Positions 25,855-33,216 of a DNA stretch of 33,216 bases are shown in pieces. Made by a program: the position numbers and the translations under genes. Positions within the stretch are counted from its first letter, which is position 1; every line of letters starts with the position of its first letter. The DNA is taken from assembly GCA_039026655.1 (NCBI GenBank), contig JBCCLY010000001.1, positions 1-33,216 on the forward strand. Reading direction: 5' to 3'. The notes under the pieces are model-generated. The model saw nothing but the letters and a program-made list of their open reading frames with translations. It searched no databases and was not told the DNA's origin. The stretch is from Cyanobacteria bacterium P01_C01_bin.38 (lineage in GTDB: Bacteria; Cyanobacteriota; Cyanobacteriia; Cyanobacteriales; Nostocaceae).

Positions 25855-26913
25855 ATGAAGCGTTACGGCAATCTTTACCCGAAAATTATTGAATTAGAAA
25901 ATCTACTTTTATCAGCCCGTAAGGCACAAAAAGGTAAAAGATTCCGGTACAATGTTTTAGATTTTAACTACCATCTAGAATCAGTATTAATTAAATTACA
26001 AAAAGAACTATCAAATAAAAGTTATCAGCCAGGAAATTATCGTACATTTCGTCTCACCAATCCCAAAAGTCGCCTTATCTCAGCCGCACCATATCGAGAT
26101 AGAGTAGTTCACCACGCACTTTGTAACGTTATTGCACCGATTTTTGAGAAAACATTTATTTATCACTCCTACGCTAACCGAGTTGGTTTTGGAACCCATC
26201 GCGCTTTGAAGAAATTTACTCATTTTGCTCGCAACAGTCGCTACGTACTGCAATGCGATATCAAAAAATATTTTCCTAGTATCGACCACATTATATTAAA
26301 ACAATTAATCCGCCGTAAAATTAAATGCCGTGATACCCTGTGGTTAATTGATGCAATTATCGATAATAGTAACGAACAAGAAGCGGTAATTGATTATTTC
26401 TCTGGAGATGATTTACTAACTCCAGTCAGCCGGAGACGAGGTTTACCGATTGGGAATTTAACCAGTCAATTTTTTGCGAATATCTATTTAAATAGTTTTG
26501 ACCATTTTGTAAAAGAACAACTTAAAGTGCGTAAATATGTCCGTTACGTCGATGATTTTGCCTTGTTTGACGATGACTGGCAAATTTTAGCAAATGCGCG
26601 ATTAGCAATAGAAGAATATTTAGCGCAATTGAGACTGCAAATTCATCCAATTAAAAGCCAATTATTTGAAACAAAAATTGGTGCGAGTTTCTTAGGATTT
26701 AGAATATTTCCTGATAGAATTCGAGTGAGAAATAACAACTTACATCGGGGAAGACGCAGACTGAGAAAGTTGCAATCTGACTATAATTGTGGTATAGTGA
26801 GCCGGGAAAAATTAAATCAATCGATACAAAGCTGGTTTGCTCACTTAGACCACGGAGATACTTGGCAGTTAAAACAACAGATATTTGCTTCACTCACTTG
26901 GTTGAGGGAGTAG
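25855..26913 (+). CDS. DGR reverse transcriptase
   Basis: [46 protein letters not shown] (DGR-type GxxxSQ), [14 protein letters not shown]; no maturase or endonuclease domain. Confidence 0.96.
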   Translation: MKRYGNLYPKIIELENLLLSARKAQKGKRFRYNVLDFNYHLESVLIKLQKELSNKSYQPGNYRTFRLTNPKSRLISAAPYRDRVVHHALCNVIAPIFEKTFIYHSYANRVGFGTHRALKKFTHFARNSRYVLQCDIKKYFPSIDHIILKQLIRRKIKCRDTLWLIDAIIDNSNEQEAVIDYFSGDDLLTPVSRRRGLPIGNLTSQFFANIYLNSFDHFVKEQLKVRKYVRYVDDFALFDDDWQILANARLAIEEYLAQLRLQIHPIKSQLFETKIGASFLGFRIFPDRIRVRNNNLHRGRRRLRKLQSDYNCGIVSREKLNQSIQSWFAHLDHGDTWQLKQQIFASLTWLRE

Positions 26914-26934
26914 AGAAGGGATAGGCGAACCCGA

Positions 26935-27059
26935 CTGCGGGGCGGTTCCTGGAACAACAATCCTAATAACTGCCGTTCCGCGTCTCGCAACAACAACAAC
27001 AATACGCGCGATAACAACAACAACAATATTGGTTTTCGTGTGGTGTGTGCGGTCGGGAG
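26935..27059 (+). ncRNA. DGR template repeat (TR)
   Basis: AAC/AAT-rich template (15 AAY codons in the VR frame) matching VR1 and VR2 at every non-A position; diverges after GGGAG (IMH*). Confidence 0.97.
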
Positions 27060-27638
27060 TACTCTTCACCCAAAGGGTTCGTCAGTTTGCTGGAGTCGGC
27101 TTCCGTTTCGGCAACAGAACTCATAGCGAGAATTGGCAGGTGGGAATCTGTCAAGAGTGCAATCGAAGAGTCCAGCCTGTTCCCGTGATATCGGTGACGG
27201 TATCCGAAAATCAAACTGAGTTGGGTAGCTTGGTAGGTAATTGCCGAAGAGTTATCCGCTTTAATAGGGTTGTATAATTACAGCATTGCTCCGAATCTGC
27301 TTTGCTTGAACAAAAAACTGTAGCACAGTCTAACTCTGGGTATTACTATCTCAGACACCAATTTTCCGCTTCTGTATATATGCTCTGGAGAAACGCAGAA
27401 CGGGGGTAAACTATGGCTTTGGAGTCCAAATATCTCGCACCCAACACAAATGGTTAACCGACACCGCCAGAACTTTTCGTATAAATTTAGGAACTAAAAA
27501 CCGTCAAGATATAAAGGACGCGAAGATATAATACCAAGGATGTATTTTCATAGATTATTTAAGATTGCTAATTAACGAGTAATATTGTTCTAAACTAAAT
27601 TGTATAGCACATTACAATCAAAAAGAACAAGTGCCTCC

Positions 27639-28391
27639 GTGACCATAATAATCGCCATCTTCAACCAAGCAGGCGGGGTGATGAAAACCTCTCTCGCCAT
27701 GAATCTTGGCTACCAACTACATCTCAAAAAACACAAAACGCTCCTCGTTGATATGGACCCGCAGGGAAGCTTAACAACCTTCATGGGTCTGGAACCCCAC
27801 GAGTTAGAGCAAACCGTGGGCGATTCCATTTTCAACGAAGAAACGCCACCTGCAATTCACGACAACCTACACGGTATGGACTTGCTGCCAGCCAACATTA
27901 CGCTGAGTGCCGTAGAACTGCAACTAGCTACCGTTATGGCACGAGAAACCCGACTTAAAATAGCTTTAGAACCAATTAAAAATCAATATCGCTTCATCAT
28001 TATTGACTGTCCCCCATCATTAGGAATACTCAGCATTCTCAGCCTTACCGCTGCTACCCACGTACTAATTCCCATCCAAACTCACTTCAAAGCGTTCAAA
28101 GGTACGGAACTGTTACTAGACACCATCAAGCAAGTCAAAAAACACGTTAATCCCCAACTTACTATTGCAGGATTCGTTCCCACACTTTACAGCAACGCCA
28201 ACCAAGATAAAGTTATTCTAGAAGCACTCAAAAACCAACTAGAACCGCTTGCTACCGTATACCCCCCAATTCCACGCGCTACAGCCTTTGCCGATGCAGC
28301 AATGAACCGCCAACCATTAGCCGCATACGCACCCAAACACCCAGCAGTAACAATTCTAAATAAAATTCAACAAGGAATGGAGAAACTCTAA
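27639..28391 (+). CDS. parA: ParA family partition ATPase
   Basis: IIAIFNQAGGVMKT deviant Walker A, VDMDPQGSLT, IIIDCPPSLG; GTG start at 27639 preferred over TTG 27600. Confidence 0.93.
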   Translation: MTIIIAIFNQAGGVMKTSLAMNLGYQLHLKKHKTLLVDMDPQGSLTTFMGLEPHELEQTVGDSIFNEETPPAIHDNLHGMDLLPANITLSAVELQLATVMARETRLKIALEPIKNQYRFIIIDCPPSLGILSILSLTAATHVLIPIQTHFKAFKGTELLLDTIKQVKKHVNPQLTIAGFVPTLYSNANQDKVILEALKNQLEPLATVYPPIPRATAFADAAMNRQPLAAYAPKHPAVTILNKIQQGMEKL

Positions 28392-29335
28392 TGCCAGCTA
28401 GAAAAACAAGACAAGTCCCCCAAATGCGCGGCGTTCAAGACTTAATCAGCATGAATGCAGAGACAAGCCAAACTACAGCACCCATCAACAAAATTCAAAT
28501 AAATGATAAGCAACCCCGCCGCTACTTTGACCCGGATAAAATGGTACAACTGGTACAGTCAGTCAAAGAACACGGCATCCTAGAACCATTATTAGTACGC
28601 CCCTTAAAGCAAAACAAATACGAACTCATCGCCGGAGAAAGAAGACTAAAAGCAGCCCAAGAAGCAGGACTTACAGAAGTACCAATCGTCAGCAAACAAT
28701 TCGACGATAAACAAGCCCTGCAAGTAGCATTACTAGAAAACTTACAGCGAGAAGACCTCAATCCAGTAGAAGAAGTAGAAGCAATACTGGAACTATTAAC
28801 AATAGTAATGGAAGTCACCCCAGCTTCTATTAAATCAATTCTCAACGAAGCTTCCAATGCTAAAAAACGCAAGTTAGAATTAGCGGAAAATGTTTCACGT
28901 CAGCTAGAACAAATCGAAACTATTTTAGCTGGTATTGGCAAGTTTAACGCAGAAAGCTTCCGCACGAGTCGCTTACCGCTGCTAAACTTACCCTCGGATG
29001 TGCTTGAGGTGCTGCGCCAAGGAAAAATAGAATATACCAAAGCGAGAGCGATTGCAAGAGTTAAAGACGAGCAGCAACGTTCTGACTTGTTAGATGAAGC
29101 AATTTCTCAAAGTTTATCACTTACTCAAATCAAAGAATTGATACTACAACTAGAGCAAAATCAAACCGATATTGAAGAAACACCCCAGCAACAACTAACC
29201 AGACGATACTCGGATGTTGGTAAGCGATTGAAGAGTACCAAAATATGGGACGACACCAGAAAGCGTAAGAAGTTGGAAAGATTGTTGGGTGATTTAGAAA
29301 AGTTACTTGCGGAAAGCGAGACGAAGCAAAATTAA
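28391..29335 (+). CDS. parB: ParB/Spo0J partition protein
   Basis: QPRRYFD, GILEPLLVRP, LIAGERRLKAA, ENLQREDLNPVEE. Confidence 0.95.
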   Translation: MPARKTRQVPQMRGVQDLISMNAETSQTTAPINKIQINDKQPRRYFDPDKMVQLVQSVKEHGILEPLLVRPLKQNKYELIAGERRLKAAQEAGLTEVPIVSKQFDDKQALQVALLENLQREDLNPVEEVEAILELLTIVMEVTPASIKSILNEASNAKKRKLELAENVSRQLEQIETILAGIGKFNAESFRTSRLPLLNLPSDVLEVLRQGKIEYTKARAIARVKDEQQRSDLLDEAISQSLSLTQIKELILQLEQNQTDIEETPQQQLTRRYSDVGKRLKSTKIWDDTRKRKKLERLLGDLEKLLAESETKQN

Positions 29336-29549
29336 ACCGTTTCTTGAAATGTTCAATATGTTACGAATGCATCTGCTTGTTACGCTGTTCCAAGCCTTCA
29401 GAGGAATTATTTAATCAACCCAGAATTAAAATATTCCCTATTCATGCAAAAAACTTATATACCTCGTATATTCTGGGTACAGTAAGATGTACCTCTGTTC
29501 TTAACGCACTTTTATGACAATAAGCTGTATGTAAATAAAGCCACCTATA

Positions 29550-30053
29550 ATGAACCTCAACACCCAAAAAGAAGACTTCAGTTACGCATATGTGTATGCA
29601 GTGACTGCGGCAGCAGGTTATTCCTTACAAGCAGCCACACGTAGGCTAGATGATAGCGGCATTGATGCCACCATTACCGTACCGGGAAAACTTAAATCCA
29701 AACGTTTACCACGGTTTGACGTACAAATTAAATCTACTTCTCAAAATGTTCTTAAAGAAGAATCGATAAAATATAGATTAAACGTTAAAAATTATGAAGA
29801 GTTGAGTTATGACGACCCCTATGTGCCGCAAATACTAATCGTGGTTATAGTTCCCTCTGATACAAACGAATGGCTGTTACAGTCAGAAGAATCCTTGTGT
29901 TTAAAACGTTGTGGTTACTGGTTATCGTTAAGAGGACAATCACCAGTTGTAAACCAAACAACTATCACCGTTGAAATCCCGCGTCAAAATCTTTTTAGTA
30001 CTGATGCACTCAAAACAATAATGGAACGCATCGCAGCCGGAGAAACACCATGA
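29550..30053 (+). CDS. DUF4365-like (PD-(D/E)xK fold) protein
   Basis: KEDFS.AYV.AV.AAAG, DD.GID, DVQIKST, P.ILIVV.VP, YW.SLRG. Confidence 0.8.
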   Translation: MNLNTQKEDFSYAYVYAVTAAAGYSLQAATRRLDDSGIDATITVPGKLKSKRLPRFDVQIKSTSQNVLKEESIKYRLNVKNYEELSYDDPYVPQILIVVIVPSDTNEWLLQSEESLCLKRCGYWLSLRGQSPVVNQTTITVEIPRQNLFSTDALKTIMERIAAGETP

Positions 30054-30589
30054 AAGCCACTATTCAAGACGTAGATATTTTAAAAAACCTCTCTCCCCAA
30101 CGATTAGAAACCTATTTAAAAGAACATGGCTGGGAGCTACAACAAAAAAACGGAGAGAAAGCCTTAATTTGGACATTAGCTGACGAATTTGAAATCTTAC
30201 TTCCTTTGCAACCAGAAATTATCGACTTTCCTCGGCGGATGGGAGAAGTACTAGAAACACTTGCTTTATCAGAAAAGCGCTCGCAAATTGAGATTTTGAG
30301 CGAATTAATTACTAATTATCCCAACATAACCATTCAAGGAATTGTAATGCAAATTGCAAATCCCAACGCTGACAAACTAAGCGGAGAAATGACACTACTA
30401 GGCGTAGTTGTCGATAAACTGCGTCCAATTCATACGGAACTAACTAACCACGACTATATTTTAGCTATTAAAGCTTATCAAGAACGCTTACCAGTTACCT
30501 GTAAGGGCGACTTAATCAAAGAAAATAATACATTTATACTCAAAAATCCGTACTCATTCAGTATAGATAAAGATGGTAAGTTTAATTAA
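30050..30589 (+). CDS. hypothetical partner of the DUF4365 protein
   Basis: 179 aa; ATGA overlap; YL..HGW N-terminus; C-terminal OB-like beta region. Confidence 0.75.
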   Translation: MKATIQDVDILKNLSPQRLETYLKEHGWELQQKNGEKALIWTLADEFEILLPLQPEIIDFPRRMGEVLETLALSEKRSQIEILSELITNYPNITIQGIVMQIANPNADKLSGEMTLLGVVVDKLRPIHTELTNHDYILAIKAYQERLPVTCKGDLIKENNTFILKNPYSFSIDKDGKFN

Positions 30590-30718
30590 ATTATTTAAAA
30601 TTCACAGATAATTCCTGTATGAACGCAGAGCAAACAGTTTTAGAAGTTTCAGCAGTAGAAATAACCGACCATATCTTGGAAGATTTACAAAAGCTTTCCA
30701 CTCCCAACTGGAGAGCCA

Positions 30719-31030
30719 ATGGCAGCTGTATATGCAGATAACTTACTGCGAGAAATGCACCTGCTGCGCGATAAATACATGGACAATCCCATTACAGAAG
30801 TAGTAATAGCACTTCATGATGCACTATTCTTTCAAAACCGCTGGATTGATTATACTACTTATCAATACCTTCAAGCTTACAACCTACTTTCATTTCTAGC
30901 TCATCAAGAAACAATTAACAATTCGTCCGTAGAAGAAGCAATTTTAACTTTAGAAAATAATGGTTTTAATACACTACCTTTTGGCGTACAACTTGATTTA
31001 AATCAAGTCTCCGATAAAGCAGGGGAATAA
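30719..31030 (+). CDS. hypothetical protein, possibly frameshifted from an ATG at 30619
   Basis: 103-aa ORF; an upstream coding-like frame (MNAEQTVLEVSAVEITDHILEDLQKL) is out of phase by 1 nt. Confidence 0.55.
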   Translation: MAAVYADNLLREMHLLRDKYMDNPITEVVIALHDALFFQNRWIDYTTYQYLQAYNLLSFLAHQETINNSSVEEAILTLENNGFNTLPFGVQLDLNQVSDKAGE

Positions 31031-31297
31031 TATGGAGAATAAATCTGCCCGTAAGCAGTAGCCGCTGATGATAACGATTATCTTTCTCAAAATCAATATC
31101 AATCTTCTAAAATTGAAGTAATATTATCTTGCGACAGCCGGTGCGGTTAACATAGTAAATCCGCCGAGCGTATCTGGGTATTTTCTACCAAGCAATTGGA
31201 GTAATAGGAGAGGAAGAAGGTTGATTTTTTGCAATTTATGAGAAAGGTTACTGTCTTTAAGAACAACAGGAAAATAGTTAAGCCATTAGGAAGTAAT

Positions 31298-31495
31298 ATG
31301 GTAGCAATAACGATTAATATCTCAGAACATCAACTGCAAAAATTGCAAGAATTAGCGCAAAAATTGGGAATCTCCACCGAAGAGTTATTATCTGCGAGTG
31401 TAGAAGATTTATTGAATCATCCTAAAAGTGATTTTACAGAAGCTGCTAATTATGTAATGCAAAAAAATGCTGAACTTTATCGGCGATTAGGATGA
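31298..31495 (+). CDS. antitoxin-like RHH DNA-binding protein
   Basis: MVAITINISEHQLQKLQELA...YVMQKNAELYRRL; ATGA overlap with the doc remnant. Confidence 0.8.
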   Translation: MVAITINISEHQLQKLQELAQKLGISTEELLSASVEDLLNHPKSDFTEAANYVMQKNAELYRRLG

Positions 31496-31702
31496 TTCGC
31501 TACAAGCGTGCTTATTGAAGTTATTGAACTTCCGAGTCAAATTATTGAGCAGTCTGGGGGAGCATTGGGATAAGAGACTTGGGTGCTTTAGAATCTGCAC
31601 TTGCGAGGGCCTTACATGACTTTTAGCGGAGAGGAGCTTTATCCAACACTTGTCGATAAAGCTTCTGCAATAGGGTTTTCGTTGGTAATGAATCATCCAT
31701 TT
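31492..31702 (+). pseudogene. death-on-curing (Fic/Doc) toxin remnant
   Basis: MIRY / LIEVIEL..QIIEQSGG / IRDLGALESALAR / PYMTFSGEELYPTLVDKASAIGFSLVMNHPF spread over several frames; cut right after HPF of the Fic motif. Confidence 0.85.
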
Positions 31703-31837
31703 AAACCCCCGCAATTCCCCATCCCGCCATACCGGAACGGTTGGCGGCGATGGGGAATTGCGGAGCCAGTGTGCAGAGCGGGGGGGTTTCCCCCATGAAC
31801 AACTGGCGGTGGGTAGTTAAGGGGACTCGATGTCCTC

Positions 31838-32245
31838 TTAACTACCAGGATTATTTTGGTTTTCAACATAAGATTTAAGCTGTTCAAGAGTAACTCCTCC
31901 GCAAGACGCGACAAAATAAGCGCCAGTCCAAAAAACAGGTTTTTTATAAAAATGGTTAATTTCTTCATAAAACTCTTTACGAATTAATCTACTGGAAACA
32001 GTTTTCAAGTTGTTAACTAATTTACTTACTGCGACATTTGTTGGATAACTAATAACTAGATGAATATGATCTGACTCTCCGTTAAATTCTGTAACTTTAC
32101 TTTTCCACTTAAGGCAAGTATTTTCAAATATTTCTTGTAACCTCCAAAGCATAGGCTGGCTAATCACTTTTTTGCGATATTTAGTTACAAGCACTAAATG
32201 AATATTTAAGCTATAAACTGCTCTGTGACCTATGTTGTAACTCAT
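31838..32245 (-). CDS. tnpA: IS200/IS605 Y1 transposase
   Basis: HLVLVTKYRK, HUH motif ESDHIHL, LK..SSR, FW...YF..S.G, catalytic Tyr in YVENQ. Confidence 0.95.
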   Translation of the reverse strand: MSYNIGHRAVYSLNIHLVLVTKYRKKVISQPMLWRLQEIFENTCLKWKSKVTEFNGESDHIHLVISYPTNVAVSKLVNNLKTVSSRLIRKEFYEEINHFYKKPVFWTGAYFVASCGGVTLEQLKSYVENQNNPGS

Positions 32246-32269
32246 GCCACTAAATGATATGATGGCTAT

Positions 32270-33216
32270 ATGTTACTAACTTACCAGTACAAACTCAAGC
32301 CTAAAGCAGAGCAGGTCGTCACACTTGAGACTTGGGGAGAGTTACTGCGTCGTCACTACAACTACGCACTAGGGCAAAGATTAGACTGGTTAAATAGAAC
32401 AAGGTCGCGGGTTGACCGTTGTAGTAGGGAAGGCGAACCGATTGGTGAAATACCTTCCATAGTTGATTACCATACACAAGCTTCTGACCTCAAACAAACT
32501 AAAAAGTTATTCCCTGAATACAAAAACATCTACGCCGATTGCCAGCAACAAAACCTCATGAGGCTAGACAAGGCATGGAAGCGATGGTTGATACCAGATA
32601 AAAACGGGAAGCGAGGAGGAAAACCACGGTTTAAAAAACGTGGTGATATCTGCTCATTCACTTTTCCGCGTGTTAACTCAGCTAAAGCAGGAGCGCATTT
32701 AACCAATAATTTTCTCAAACTTTCTAAGATTGGCGAGATTGAAGTTATATTGCACCGACCAATTCCAGAAGGATTTAAGATTAAGCAAGCGACAATTATT
32801 AAAAAAGCCGATGGTTGGTATGTAAGTTTTTCTCTAGAAGATAAAACCGTTCCTAAGCCGTTACCTATTAATGAAATAAAAACTGCTACTGGTATAGATG
32901 TTGGACTTGAGAAATTTTTAACTACTGCCTCGGGGCAAAGTATTGAAGTGCCACAGTATTACCGTAAAGCGCAATCAACATTAGCTCGTAGTCAACGCAA
33001 GCTTGCACGTAAAATCAAGGGGTCTAAGAATTACCAAAAACAAGCTAACAATATTGCTAGGCTTCACTTGCACATCGCAAGACAGAGGAAAGAATTTCAT
33101 TATCAAATCGCTCATTGGTTGGTTAAATCTTATGACTTAATTGTTTTTGAAAACCTTAACATTAAGGGCTTAGCTAGAACACGATTAGCAAAGTCAATAC
33201 TAGATGTCGCTTGGGG
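32270..33216 (+). CDS. tnpB: TnpB RNA-guided nuclease (partial)
   Basis: MLLTYQYKLKP, YNYAL..R, GKPRFKK, RuvC-I GIDVGLEKF, RuvC-II VFENLNIKGL; open to the window end. Confidence 0.93.
   Translation, partial: MLLTYQYKLKPKAEQVVTLETWGELLRRHYNYALGQRLDWLNRTRSRVDRCSREGEPIGEIPSIVDYHTQASDLKQTKKLFPEYKNIYADCQQQNLMRLDKAWKRWLIPDKNGKRGGKPRFKKRGDICSFTFPRVNSAKAGAHLTNNFLKLSKIGEIEVILHRPIPEGFKIKQATIIKKADGWYVSFSLEDKTVPKPLPINEIKTATGIDVGLEKFLTTASGQSIEVPQYYRKAQSTLARSQRKLARKIKGSKNYQKQANNIARLHLHIARQRKEFHYQIAHWLVKSYDLIVFENLNIKGLARTRLAKSILDVAW

Larger units (their letters stand above)
31703..33216. mobile_element. IS200/IS605-family element (runs off the window)
   Basis: Divergent tnpA and tnpB; subterminal hairpin CCGCAATTCCCCATC..GATGGGGAATTGCGG at about 31709-31762; left boundary approximate. 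Confidence 0.88.

Noticed and set aside
25855-26913. Group II intron or retron RT
   Set aside because: No maturase/endonuclease domain or retron VTG motif; avd and the TR/VR pairs establish a DGR.
26841-27277. Short ORFs over the TR
   Set aside because: By-products of the AAC-rich template; TR functions as RNA.
27280-27600. parS centromere upstream of parA
   Set aside because: No convincing repeat or palindrome array seen.

Overview
AT-rich accessory region, most likely from a plasmid of a filamentous cyanobacterium. This rests on a plasmid-type parAB pair, a P4/D5-type helicase with 3' direct repeats, a relaxase-like gene end, heptamer tandem repeats and small palindromic dispersed repeats. 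The left half (minus strand) carries a TerY-P triad (vWA, PP2C, kinase), a YkvA fusion, a TPR-CHAT protease with small and 2-TM partner genes, a papain-like peptidase and several tiny ORFs. Many of these genes are preceded by one bipartite motif, GCAGAA-N14-TGACTAAT..GTAGA (9-10 copies), which may be the promoter of the nearby sigma-70-like factor/DUF1822 pair. The right half (plus strand) is an iSTAND-like/MoxR/vWA operon ending in two FGE-sulfatase (CLec-fold) genes. These are the targets of a complete diversity-generating retroelement: avd, RT, TR at 26935-27059, VR1 at 23640-23764 and VR2 at 24841-24965, with all 13 and 20 mismatches falling at TR adenines. After that come parAB, a DUF4365-like pair, a decayed antitoxin/doc locus truncated at its Fic motif by an IS200/IS605 element, and tnpA/tnpB. 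Family assignments come from motif recognition by eye, not from database searches.
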